Below are positions 9,172 to 18,646 of a stretch of 64,000 nucleotides of DNA, one piece after another (positions within the stretch are counted from its first letter, which is position 1; every line of letters begins with the position of its first letter). The stretch is taken from NCBI GenBank assembly GCA_035292445.1, contig DATDQB010000023.1, positions 89,533 to 153,532 of the forward strand, read 5' to 3'. The notes under the pieces are model-generated. The model saw only the letters and a program-made list of their open reading frames with translations. It was not told the origin of the DNA and searched no databases. The position numbers were made by a program, and so were the translations under genes. This stretch comes from Candidatus Omnitrophota bacterium (lineage in GTDB: Bacteria > Omnitrophota > Gorgyraeia > Zapsychrales > Zapsychraceae).

Positions 9172-10701
9172 TTATTTGTTTTTAGATGGCTGGGCCGGCT
9201 GAGCCGCAGGGGCTTCCGCTTTTTTAGGTTTGACCGGAAGCGTAAAATGGAACGTCGTTCCCTGGTTGACCGTGCTTGTTACCCAGATTTCCCCGTGATG
9301 GGCCTCAACGATTTTTTTCGCCAGGGCCAACCCCAAGCCGGTCCCCTTGACGTTCTGGTTTATTTTATTATCAACGCGGAAAAATTCACTAAAAAGTTTT
9401 CCCAGATCATCTTCGGGGATGCCGATGCCGGTATCGGAAACGCCGATTTCCACAAGGTCTTTTTCTTTATCCCATGTCGCTTTAACCGAGATTGTCCCGT
9501 TTTCTGGCGTAAACTTGACGGCGTTGCCCACAAGGTTGATGAAAATGCGTTCTACCTGGCTCGAATCATAAATCATGTTGGGAACGTTTTTATCCACGTT
9601 TAATTCCCAATTGATGTTTTTGTTTTTCATCTGCGGCGTTAGTAGATCATGCACGTTTTCAGCCGTTTGGCGCAAGTCGTGCTCGGTCATTTTCATCTCC
9701 ACGCGCCCCGATTCGATGCGGGAGATGTCCAGTAGTTCATTGATAAGATTGACGAGGTTATCCGAGTGGAGGTTGATTTTCTCCAGCCGTTCTTTGACCT
9801 TTTCCGGGATCTCACCGAGCTTGCCGGTTATCAAAATGGCGGCATACCCTTTGATCGAAGTCAAGGGCGTTCGCAGCTCATGGGAAACGGCGGAGATAAA
9901 ATCGGACTTTGTTTTGCTTATTTTTTTTACCTCTGCCAGGGCGTCTTCCAGCTGTTTGGTGCGGTCCTGCACTTTGGATTCCAGCGCCCGGCTGGAGCGA
10001 TAAACCTGTTCGAATAAACGGGCGTTTTCCAACGACTGCCCGATCTGGTTGGCTAAAATGGAGAGGATTTCTTCGTCACCTTCGGTCACGGCCGCCGCCG
10101 ACGATTGGTTACCGACAAAAGCGATCCCGATAAGGCCGTTTTGGGTGAGGATCGGGGAAAGCACAAAATGTTCGCTGCCGAAAATATTTTGGATCGCTTT
10201 TTTTCTTTGCGTGGCAGCGGCGACGGAAGAGAAGATATGGCCTTGCGTCAGGGCCTCCAGCAGGCTTGAATCTTTCTTGAGGCCGTTGAGGATATATTCG
10301 ATGCCTTCGGGGGCGTAACCGACGTTGACCCTGGGCTTAAGCTGTTTGCGTTCATCGTAAAACAGGATCAGCATTTTATCGAAATCCAGATTTGTCTGAA
10401 GCGATTCATTCAAGCGGTGAAAGATTTCGTTCTCATCGAGAGTGGTACTGATAAGCCGGGACGTTTTATGAAGCGCCTCCAGGCCTCCCAAGCGTTTGTC
10501 GGATTCTTCCTGGGCCTTATTAAGCTCCAGATCCGTTTTAACGATCAGTTTGGCTTGCTCATCGAGTTCGTTGAAGGATTTTTTGAGTTTAAGAAGAGAG
10601 CCTCTGGTTTGATTGAGTCGAGAATTTTTTGATAAAATAATAAAGATCAATACGCAGATGACAATAAAGGCAAGGATATTGAAAATAAGGGAGATGCTCA
10701 T
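9172..10701 (-). CDS. Membrane-anchored GAF-domain sensor histidine kinase
   Basis: N-terminal TM helix, GAF-like region, H-box SHELRTPL, NAVKFT, DTGIG and GTGLGL boxes. Confidence 0.93.
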   Translation of the reverse strand: MSISLIFNILAFIVICVLIFIILSKNSRLNQTRGSLLKLKKSFNELDEQAKLIVKTDLELNKAQEESDKRLGGLEALHKTSRLISTTLDENEIFHRLNESLQTNLDFDKMLILFYDERKQLKPRVNVGYAPEGIEYILNGLKKDSSLLEALTQGHIFSSVAAATQRKKAIQNIFGSEHFVLSPILTQNGLIGIAFVGNQSSAAAVTEGDEEILSILANQIGQSLENARLFEQVYRSSRALESKVQDRTKQLEDALAEVKKISKTKSDFISAVSHELRTPLTSIKGYAAILITGKLGEIPEKVKERLEKINLHSDNLVNLINELLDISRIESGRVEMKMTEHDLRQTAENVHDLLTPQMKNKNINWELNVDKNVPNMIYDSSQVERIFINLVGNAVKFTPENGTISVKATWDKEKDLVEIGVSDTGIGIPEDDLGKLFSEFFRVDNKINQNVKGTGLGLALAKKIVEAHHGEIWVTSTVNQGTTFHFTLPVKPKKAEAPAAQPAQPSKNK

Positions 10702-10702
10702 A

Positions 10703-11890
10703 TCAGTTAACCGCCAGCACCACCATGCTTTCGTTTTGAAGATAAGGTTTCTTGATGCGTTCTACCGATTCAAAAGGGCAGATCTCGCCGTGGGCGTACA
10801 TGCCGAATACGGGGATGTCTTGGCCGAAGATTTCTCTGATTTTGGCGATCTCAAGAATGGCGCCTCGGCCCAGGAGCTTTAGCCGGGACATCGATTCGAT
10901 GATGATCACAAGCTTGGCTTTCTTCCCTAAAAGGTTATTATGGGCTTCCTGGGCGGCTTCGGAGGCGGCCTCTTTGCAGGAGTCCTTGTTGCCGATCATG
11001 ATGTGAACTTCCGACCCGTCCGGCACCCCTCCCTGACATACAATACTCCCATCCTCTAGAATGTCAATAGCATTTCTCAGCAAGAAATGGTTACTTTCCT
11101 CGATAAATATTCCTAAAGGGTAAAGGATGGACATTTGTCCCAGTTGGGTGGCGCGTAAATCCTGATACGCTTCATCGAAATATTCCTCATACAGATGGGA
11201 TGCCTTTTTCCCGTCAATCGTTTTGATGATGTTGCCCTCGGCCTGGGTGATGACGCGGGGTTTTCCCAAAGGCCGCCAGCCGTGGCGTCCGCTCACTCCC
11301 ACACTCATCTGCCCGCCCATGATCAGCCCGCAAGCGGACATCTCCAGCGCTTGGGAACCGAAGATCTGGAAATTTTTTTTGAAATGGAAATCATCGCAGC
11401 TGCCGGCCCCGACCAGCGGAAAAACGTTGCCGAGCACTTCCTGGACGCCTTTTAACAGAAGGGAGCTGTCGGCAATTTCTCCGTCGATAAAGAAAAGGCA
11501 GACGTGCCGGCCGTGTTGCCCGAAATCCGCGACGATATTTTTGGCCAGATCGCTTCCGGCCATGCGGATGTTGGTGGGGGTGATATCGGAAACGGCGCCG
11601 ATGCCGAATTTCATCTCATCCGAGGCGATGGCCAAAATGCCGATTCCGTTGGTCATGATTTTTTCCGAAAAGATGATGCCCGCGCTTGAGCAGCCGATCG
11701 CCTTTGACCCGGGAAAGAGGTTATCAATGGCCTGGGCGATGGTATCAGGGTCGTGGTGAATGGTGCTGAAGATTAACACCAGATCGGGCTTCGTTGACTG
11801 AAGAGAGGATTTGATTTTCTGCGCCGCTTCTTTGGTGGCGGTGAGCGTATCAACGGTTTGGCTTGAGCCTATTGCGATGTGTGTGGCCAA
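10703..11890 (-). CDS. FIST-domain signal transduction protein (NosP-like)
   Basis: IGCSSAG, HGWRPLG, YPLG, FGMYAHGEI and QNESMVVLA motifs typical of FIST_N/FIST_C; TTG start. Confidence 0.88.
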   Translation of the reverse strand: MATHIAIGSSQTVDTLTATKEAAQKIKSSLQSTKPDLVLIFSTIHHDPDTIAQAIDNLFPGSKAIGCSSAGIIFSEKIMTNGIGILAIASDEMKFGIGAVSDITPTNIRMAGSDLAKNIVADFGQHGRHVCLFFIDGEIADSSLLLKGVQEVLGNVFPLVGAGSCDDFHFKKNFQIFGSQALEMSACGLIMGGQMSVGVSGRHGWRPLGKPRVITQAEGNIIKTIDGKKASHLYEEYFDEAYQDLRATQLGQMSILYPLGIFIEESNHFLLRNAIDILEDGSIVCQGGVPDGSEVHIMIGNKDSCKEAASEAAQEAHNNLLGKKAKLVIIIESMSRLKLLGRGAILEIAKIREIFGQDIPVFGMYAHGEICPFESVERIKKPYLQNESMVVLAVN

Positions 11891-12173
11891 GGCGTGAGAC
11901 CTCCAGATAATTTAATAGCGTATGTACAAGAGTGGTTGTAAAAATTGATACAAAATTTACGGATTTATGATATAGTACACACCCACGATTTATTGTAATC
12001 AAAAAAAGTATACACTAAGTTCATTGAGCTGTTAACGAATATTAGAGAAATTATTGCCCCCATCGTTAGTTTTGCTTTAAATTTGCGGAACGTAAGTGAA
12101 CGCAAATTTTAGGCAAAACAATCCCGAGGGAAGCTTCAGCGACCGAGGGACTACAACATAAAAGAAATATTTT

Positions 12174-12248
12174 GGCCCCATCGTCTAGCCTGGCCCAGGA
12201 CGCTTGGTTCTCAACCAAGAAACGCGGGTTCGAATCCCGCTGGGGCCA
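12174..12248 (+). tRNA. tRNA-Glu(CTC)
   Basis: Acceptor GGCCCCA/TGGGGCC, anticodon arm CTTGG-TTCTCAA-CCAAG, GGTTCGAATCC T-loop; no encoded CCA. Confidence 0.95.
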
Positions 12249-13085
12249 TTAAATTCCCTTCAATTTGACCTGCGCCCAAACGGGCAAATGGTCGCTCGCC
12301 TTCTGGTTTTTGATACTTCCCGACCCAAGCACATCCATATTCTTCACAAAGATGTAATCCATGAGGCTTTTTTTGTTGAAGAGATACCAGTGCTTGTAGC
12401 TCCAGTCAACTTCCTTGGTGGCCAGCGTAAAACGGTGTTCCTGGAAGGCCTCTTCGATGATTTGGCGGTTGAATTTGGTGAAGGTGTTAAAATCGCCGGC
12501 AATAATGCAGTAATCAATGGGCGGGACGGAATGTAACAGCCGTTCCATCTGATTTCTGCGCTGGAACGGATGCAGCCAAATCCTCATATGAAGGCTGTAG
12601 GCCATGACAAATTTATCGCCGATTTTGATGACCGCCCCGACGGCAATGCGCTGCAGCTTGTCAGGGTCCAAATGCGGCAGAATGACTTTTTTGTCGTGGA
12701 TAATGGGCCATTTGGTCAGGATGGCGTTGCCAAAATCTTGGTTGTAGAGAGGATGCCGGACAGCCGGGTAATACACATAATTGTAGTTTAATTTCTTCGC
12801 GATTGTCTCAACGTCTTGGGGCTCCATCTCCTGCAGGAAAATGATGTCGGCACCGGCCAAATCCTGATGGGTTTTCAGGAGCTCACCGGCCAGATCCGTT
12901 TTTTTGGAAAATTTCACGTTGTAGGAAACGACTTTGATCGTGTCTTGAGCAGGGCTAGTTGGCGAGGGTCCGCTTGCGGAAGAATACCGCGGCCCCGAGA
13001 GGTCAGTGTAATTTTCTCCGTCTGTGACCAGGCTGCAGCCCAGAGGGGTTAAAAGTATCAATAATAAAAATAATCTTCTTATCAT
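12249..13085 (-). CDS. Endonuclease/exonuclease/phosphatase family lipoprotein
   Basis: Lipobox LGC; SYNV, LQE, GNAIL, AGDFN, DYIF and SDH motifs. Confidence 0.9.
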   Translation of the reverse strand: MIRRLFLLLILLTPLGCSLVTDGENYTDLSGPRYSSASGPSPTSPAQDTIKVVSYNVKFSKKTDLAGELLKTHQDLAGADIIFLQEMEPQDVETIAKKLNYNYVYYPAVRHPLYNQDFGNAILTKWPIIHDKKVILPHLDPDKLQRIAVGAVIKIGDKFVMAYSLHMRIWLHPFQRRNQMERLLHSVPPIDYCIIAGDFNTFTKFNRQIIEEAFQEHRFTLATKEVDWSYKHWYLFNKKSLMDYIFVKNMDVLGSGSIKNQKASDHLPVWAQVKLKGI

Positions 13086-13185
13086 AGCAAAGAGTATAAC
13101 ATATAAAATTAGAAAAACTTGTTTCCGCGATTATTTTACGTTAAGATACACCGTAACATCATTAAAAATTTCTATGATACGCGCG

Positions 13186-13605
13186 ATGAAACAAAGTTTT
13201 TCATTAATTTTTTGTATTTTTTTTATAGGTTGCGTCACCATGGCGGACCAACCTTTCGTGACGACGCCTTTGAAGCAGTCGGCACAGCCTTTAGCGCCGC
13301 TTCATAAAATCAAGATCGGCATGAGCGAATCGGAAGCGAAAGGGATTTTAGGCGCCACGCTTGTCATCGGTTATCGTCTTAACGATGCCAGCCCGCAGCA
13401 GCTTAAGCCCATTACGATCGCTCAACCATATCGTGAAGCGGAATTGGTGAGTGAGGGGAAGAGGTACAAGGTTTCATATTATTATACGGGCGTGGCTAAG
13501 GCGGATGATTTGGTATCGGAGGATGAGTTAACGCCATTGATCTTTGAAAGTGGCCACCTGGTCGGCAAGGGGCTCGATGATTTGGACCGCATCCAACGAA
13601 ACTAA
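13186..13605 (+). CDS. DUF3192-like lipoprotein
   Basis: MKQSF...FIGC lipobox; IKIGMS...YYYT...DELTPLIF..G.LVGKG; start moved downstream from the track ORF. Confidence 0.65.
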   Translation: MKQSFSLIFCIFFIGCVTMADQPFVTTPLKQSAQPLAPLHKIKIGMSESEAKGILGATLVIGYRLNDASPQQLKPITIAQPYREAELVSEGKRYKVSYYYTGVAKADDLVSEDELTPLIFESGHLVGKGLDDLDRIQRN

Positions 13606-13615
13606 TTTAAAGACG

Positions 13616-14542
13616 ATGGATTGTTCTGTGAAACCGCTGGTGGCTCATTATGATCTTAAAAGGCCATGCGATTGGTCCGGTGTATTCGGCCGCAAAGCGC
13701 CTTTGACCGTTGAGATCGGGTTCGGGCTGGGGGAAGTCTTAACGCAAAAAGCACTTGAGGCGCCTGGCGTAAATTTTATCGGCATCGAAACTCATTGGGA
13801 GCGGATTTACAAAACGCTCAAACGCATCCAGCGGGAAGGCGCCGAAACCCAAAACAATATTCGCATCTTAAGGCTTGATGCCACGCCCGCCCTCAAAAGG
13901 CTTTTTGGGCAAGAAACGATCGATGAAATGTATTGCCTGTTTCCTTGCCCGTGGCCGAAGAAGAAACACATCAAGCACCGGCTTTTTTCCAAGGAATCGC
14001 TGCGGCTTATCAACAGCCGTTTAAAAGATAAATCGCGGCTTTCTATCGTCACCGATTATTTTCCGTATTTTGAATGGATCAAAGAAGAATCTAGAGGGTG
14101 CGGCTTTAAGGTTGAGGCCAAGCAGGCGAACCCCGGCTTTAATACAAAATTCGAACGCAAATGGCGCGGCGAAGGCCAGGAAACATTTTTTGAGTTGGCG
14201 ATGACCAAAATAAAGCACGTTAACGTGCCGGTGGAGGCGGATGTTCCCTTGAAGACGTATACAGTTGATACTTTTGATCCCAAAAAGTTTGTTTTGGAAG
14301 CCCATAAGGGGGAGGCAGCGGTTGTTTTCAAAGAGCTGCTATTCGATGCCGATAAACAACTGGCGTTGGTCCATGTGCTGGTCGCCGAGGAACATCTGAC
14401 GCAGGATTTTTGGGCAGCGATCGTAAAGACGAATAAAGGCTGGCTCATCAAGAAAGCCGACGGGCATTATTTTTTCCCAACGCCGGGTATCGCGCAGGCG
14501 TTAAAATCCGTTTATCAGGCCGCCAAACAAGCGAAACGATAG
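13616..14542 (+). CDS. trmB: tRNA (guanine-N7)-methyltransferase with C-terminal extension
   Basis: VEIGFGLG, FPCPWPKKKH..HRL, VTD and TKFERKW motifs. Confidence 0.88.
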   Translation: MDCSVKPLVAHYDLKRPCDWSGVFGRKAPLTVEIGFGLGEVLTQKALEAPGVNFIGIETHWERIYKTLKRIQREGAETQNNIRILRLDATPALKRLFGQETIDEMYCLFPCPWPKKKHIKHRLFSKESLRLINSRLKDKSRLSIVTDYFPYFEWIKEESRGCGFKVEAKQANPGFNTKFERKWRGEGQETFFELAMTKIKHVNVPVEADVPLKTYTVDTFDPKKFVLEAHKGEAAVVFKELLFDADKQLALVHVLVAEEHLTQDFWAAIVKTNKGWLIKKADGHYFFPTPGIAQALKSVYQAAKQAKR

Positions 14543-14545
14543 AGA

Positions 14546-15364
14546 ATGCGCGTTTTTAATAAGAGAAAGCTTTATACAGCCTTTTTAGCCGTTCTTTTCC
14601 TTTTTACCAGTCAAGTTGTTGTTGCGTATACGGTTTCCTGCCGGGCGGTTATTTTTTCCGATGCGACCAAAGTCAAACGCCTTTACGGCAAGCGTGTGCA
14701 TGAGCGCGTCGTTCCGGCGAGCACCGTTAAGGTGATGACGGCATTGTTGGCGCTCGAACATCTTTCGCTGGATGAATATGTGACGGTCAGCCAGAATGCT
14801 ACGTATCCGCAGCCGAGCAAGATTTACGTCAAGGCCGGCGAACGGTATAAGGTGCGCGATCTGCTTTATGCGGTCTTGCTCGGCTCTGCCAATGACGCCG
14901 CCGTTGTGTTGGCGGAGGCGGTGGCCGGGACGCACTGGAAATTCGCCCAGATGATGACCCAGCGCGCCAAGCAACTCGGCGCCAAACATACCCGCTTCGC
15001 CAACGCTCACGGCTTGCCGACAAAAAAGAAAGACCCCCAATACACGACCGCTTATGACATGTACCTTATTTTCCGTCAGGCCATGCGCCATGAATTTTTC
15101 CGCGAGGCGATCAAGCTTAAAAATAGGACCATCACATCCAGCCATGGCCGCCGGATCGCCCTTAGAAGCCATAATAAGATCTTGTTTAAGGGTTGGAAAA
15201 AAAATATTTATGGCAAGACCGGCTATACCCGCTCTGCCGGCCCCTGCTTTGTCGGCACGACACAAAAAGGAGACAGCACGTTGATCATCGCTGTTTTTAA
15301 CTGTAAAGACCGGTGGAACGATATTAAATATATTATTTCCCATTACGGGGGAATCTCATTATAA
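14546..15364 (+). CDS. D-alanyl-D-alanine carboxypeptidase (peptidase S11)
   Basis: PASTVK (SxxK), SAN and KTG motifs. Confidence 0.92.
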   Translation: MRVFNKRKLYTAFLAVLFLFTSQVVVAYTVSCRAVIFSDATKVKRLYGKRVHERVVPASTVKVMTALLALEHLSLDEYVTVSQNATYPQPSKIYVKAGERYKVRDLLYAVLLGSANDAAVVLAEAVAGTHWKFAQMMTQRAKQLGAKHTRFANAHGLPTKKKDPQYTTAYDMYLIFRQAMRHEFFREAIKLKNRTITSSHGRRIALRSHNKILFKGWKKNIYGKTGYTRSAGPCFVGTTQKGDSTLIIAVFNCKDRWNDIKYIISHYGGISL

Positions 15365-15460
15365 TAAAAACTCAATCAAGAAAAGAAGTGATTGAAATTT
15401 TTATAAATCATGGTATCCTTTTTATGGACTTATAATTTTTTTATCTTTAGAAAGGAGTTT

Positions 15461-16309
15461 ATGATGGAAAACAAAGGGTTTAAATTGGCGCTAGTAATCG
15501 CGCTCGGTGTTTTTTTGGGCGTTCTTGTCGTGTCCGCCCAAAAGCAGGACGCTCTTCTTAGAGAAGTTTTAGGCAGGCAAAATCAGATGCTCCAAGCCCA
15601 GATGAGGCTTGATTCAAAAGTGGGCAGCCAGGATATGGCGGGCGCCAGGGGTTTGATGCAGTCAGAAATCGATAAGCTCACGTCAAAAATCAGTGATTTG
15701 GAAACTCGCTTGGCCCGTTTAGAATCTCAGCCGCGCCCTCAACAGGTTCAGCAGCAGCCCACGCCGCAGCAAATGCCCCCGCCGGATACGACCGTCCATG
15801 AGATTCCCGTGGCCCATTCTGTAGTTGGAGGCGCTAAAGACGGCAAGGTCACTATCGTTGAATTCGTCGATTATCAATGTCCTTTTTGCGCGCGTTTTCA
15901 CCCTCCGATGGTGGAGGCGGCCAAAGCATTTCCCGGGAAAGTTAAGTATCTCTTGAAGCATTTTCCGTTATCGTTCCATCCGCAGGCAAAGCCGGCAGCC
16001 AAAGCAGCGTTAGCCGCAGGCGAGCAAGGCAAATTCTGGGAAATGACCGAGCTTATTTTAGGTAATCAAACGCAACTGACGGATCAGCAATTCGAAGCCT
16101 ACGCCAAACAGCTTGGGCTGAACGTCAAGAAATATCTGGAAGATTATAAAAATAAAGACGCTGAATACGAAAAAATCCTTAATACGGACATGGAGTTGGG
16201 CGGTAAGGTCGGAGTGCGGGGAACACCGTCGTTTTATATCAACGGCCGCGTGAGCAACTCCCGCGATGCCGCCAGCTGGAAGGCTGAGATAGAAAAACTC
16301 TTGAAATAA
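15461..16309 (+). CDS. DsbA-like thioredoxin-fold protein with N-terminal coiled coil
   Basis: DYQCPFC, HFPL and GTPSF motifs; AGGAG RBS before ATG 15461. Confidence 0.88.
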   Translation: MMENKGFKLALVIALGVFLGVLVVSAQKQDALLREVLGRQNQMLQAQMRLDSKVGSQDMAGARGLMQSEIDKLTSKISDLETRLARLESQPRPQQVQQQPTPQQMPPPDTTVHEIPVAHSVVGGAKDGKVTIVEFVDYQCPFCARFHPPMVEAAKAFPGKVKYLLKHFPLSFHPQAKPAAKAALAAGEQGKFWEMTELILGNQTQLTDQQFEAYAKQLGLNVKKYLEDYKNKDAEYEKILNTDMELGGKVGVRGTPSFYINGRVSNSRDAASWKAEIEKLLK

Positions 16310-16335
16310 GTAATATAAGTATTAATATTTCCAAA

Positions 16336-16374
16336 AAGGCCATGTTTCTCTTAAGGAGCGTGGCCTTAATTTTT
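16336..16374 (+). terminator. Probable intrinsic terminator
   Basis: AAGGCCATGTTTC/GGAGCGTGGCCTT stem with a T-rich tail. Confidence 0.55.
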
Positions 16375-16518
16375 CATTTGATAAAAGGGGCAATTCATTA
16401 TATATTTGTGGGACGTTGAAATTAGGTTAACTTAAGAAAAGAGGCCGCCCGCCAAGAGCGGGCGAGCCTCGTTCATCCCGCCTTTGGCGGGATGATAAAA
16501 ATGAACGGGAGCAATATC

Positions 16519-16806
16519 ATGGGTGGTCGCGTAGGTGGCATATCGCATAAATTTTACCGGGAAACCAGAGGCATTAAAGTAAGCGGCGGCCAGGTTGTCA
16601 AAGCCGGCACGATTCTCACGCGCCAGGGTCACAAATGGCGGCCAGGCATTAACGTAATCGGGTTAAATCATTTGACGGCTAACGTCGAAGGTGAAGTTTA
16701 TTTTACCCGTAAAAAAAGTCGGTTTAATAAATCCATCACATACATTAATATCAAACCGGTTAAGATCAAAGCCAAAGTAAAATCAACGGCAGCTGCATCC
16801 AAATAA
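16519..16806 (+). CDS. rpmA: 50S ribosomal protein L27 (divergent)
   Basis: GIKVSGGQVVKAGTILTRQG..WRPGINV...L.A..EG.V.F core; GGGAG RBS before ATG 16519. Confidence 0.8.
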   Translation: MGGRVGGISHKFYRETRGIKVSGGQVVKAGTILTRQGHKWRPGINVIGLNHLTANVEGEVYFTRKKSRFNKSITYINIKPVKIKAKVKSTAAASK

Positions 16807-16807
16807 T

Positions 16808-18646
16808 ATGTGTGGGATTATCGGATATATCGGTAAGCGCCCGGCCGTTCCGATTCTGATTGACGGCTTGCGGCGCTTGGAATACCGTGGATATGATTCC
16901 GCGGGCGTTGGCGTTGTGCCGCAAACCAACCATGGGTTTGTTATAAGAAAAACGCCCGGCAAAATCGCCAATTTGCAGGAGCTGATCAATTCCCATCCTT
17001 TGCCTGAAACGACGCTCGGCATTTCCCACACCCGCTGGGCGACCCACGGCGCGCCCAACAAAATCAACGCTCATCCCCATTCGGGCCATCGTAGCAAAAT
17101 CCTTCTTGTTCATAACGGCATTATTGAAAATTACGAAGAGCTTAAGCGCGATTTGATCAAGCGGGGTTATAAATTTGTTTCCGAAACAGACACGGAGGTG
17201 ATCGCCCATTTGGTCGAATCCAATTACAAGGGCGATTTGCTTGCCGCCGTTTCGAAATCCATTAAAAAGCTTCGCGGTGCCTTCGCCATCGGCGTCATCG
17301 CCGCCGATGACCCGCAAACGCTTGTAGCCGCGCGCATCGGCTCACCGTTAATTGTCGGGCTCGGCAAGAATGAAAACTTTATCGCCTCCGATGTTCCCGC
17401 CATTTTGGAACACACCCGGAAAGTCATTTATCTTAAAGACGGCCAGATCGCGAAGCTGACCCGCGGCGGCGTTCAGGTGTATTCGTTTTCCGGGAAGAAA
17501 GTAAAACCTAAAGTGGATACGGTCTATTTCAGTGTTGATGCGGTCGCTAAAAGCGGCTTTGCGCATTTTATGCTTAAAGAGATCCATGAACAGCCTAATG
17601 TGTTGGCGCAGATGCTGGATACGCGCCTTAAACGCGATACGGTACGGCTTGAGGGCATTAGCCTTTCGGACAAACAATTAAAAGGCGTTAAGGATATTTT
17701 CATCGTGGCCTGCGGCACCGCGTATCACGCGGGCTTGGTGGGCAAGTATATTATAGAAAAGTTAGCCGGCGTTCGCGTTTCCGTTGATGTTTCCAGCGAG
17801 TTCCGTTATCGCGATCCCATTATCACCAAGCAGACGGCTGTTTTGGCGATCAGCCAATCGGGTGAAACGGCTGATACGTTGGCAGCGGTGCGTGAGGCCA
17901 AGGCCAAGGGAGCGAAGATCATTTCGATCTGTAACGTGATCGGCTCATCGCTGGCGCGCGAGTCCGATGGGGTGTTGTACACGCATGCGGGCCCGGAAAT
18001 CGGGGTGGCCTCCACCAAAGCCTACACGGCCCAGCTATGCATGCTGTATCTTTTGGCGATCAAGTTGGCAAAGATCCATAAAGTAGGGGCGCAGCATGCT
18101 GCGCCCCTACACGGATTAATTAAAGACTTAAAACACATCCCCGTGCTGTATCAACAGATCCTTAAGAATAAAAACGCGATCGCCAAGATCGCCCAAAATA
18201 ATTCGCATTTCGGATGTTTCCTTTTTTTGGGCCGCAATATCAATTATCCCACTGCCTTGGAAGGCGCATTGAAACTCAAAGAGATTTCCTACATCCCTGC
18301 CGAAGGTTATGCCGCCGGCGAGATGAAACACGGGCCCATCGCTTTGATCGATGAATACCGCGCGGTCGTTTGCATCGCCACCGAATCCGATACGTACGAG
18401 AAGATGATCAGCAACATCCAGGAAATCCGCTCACGCAAGGGGAAGGTCATCGCGATCGCGACCCAGGGCGATGCATACATCAGAAATCATGTCCATTCGG
18501 TTGTGTATGTCCCCAAGACCAATAAGCTCTTGACGCCTCTTGTGGCGGCTTTACCGCTTCAGCTCATTGCATATTATATCGCCGTCAAGCGCGGGTGTGA
18601 TGTTGATCAGCCGCGGAATCTGGCGAAGTCGGTAACGGTAGAGTAG
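16808..18646 (+). CDS. glmS: Glutamine--fructose-6-phosphate aminotransferase
   Basis: MCGI start, LEYRGYDSAG, HTRWATHG, SQSGETAD, PRNLAKSVTVE end. Confidence 0.98.
   Translation: MCGIIGYIGKRPAVPILIDGLRRLEYRGYDSAGVGVVPQTNHGFVIRKTPGKIANLQELINSHPLPETTLGISHTRWATHGAPNKINAHPHSGHRSKILLVHNGIIENYEELKRDLIKRGYKFVSETDTEVIAHLVESNYKGDLLAAVSKSIKKLRGAFAIGVIAADDPQTLVAARIGSPLIVGLGKNENFIASDVPAILEHTRKVIYLKDGQIAKLTRGGVQVYSFSGKKVKPKVDTVYFSVDAVAKSGFAHFMLKEIHEQPNVLAQMLDTRLKRDTVRLEGISLSDKQLKGVKDIFIVACGTAYHAGLVGKYIIEKLAGVRVSVDVSSEFRYRDPIITKQTAVLAISQSGETADTLAAVREAKAKGAKIISICNVIGSSLARESDGVLYTHAGPEIGVASTKAYTAQLCMLYLLAIKLAKIHKVGAQHAAPLHGLIKDLKHIPVLYQQILKNKNAIAKIAQNNSHFGCFLFLGRNINYPTALEGALKLKEISYIPAEGYAAGEMKHGPIALIDEYRAVVCIATESDTYEKMISNIQEIRSRKGKVIAIATQGDAYIRNHVHSVVYVPKTNKLLTPLVAALPLQLIAYYIAVKRGCDVDQPRNLAKSVTVE
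18083..18110. repeat. GTAG-type REP-like perfect palindrome inside glmS
   Basis: GTAGGGGCGCAGCA-TGCTGCGCCCCTAC, a 28-bp perfect inverted repeat. Confidence 0.85.
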
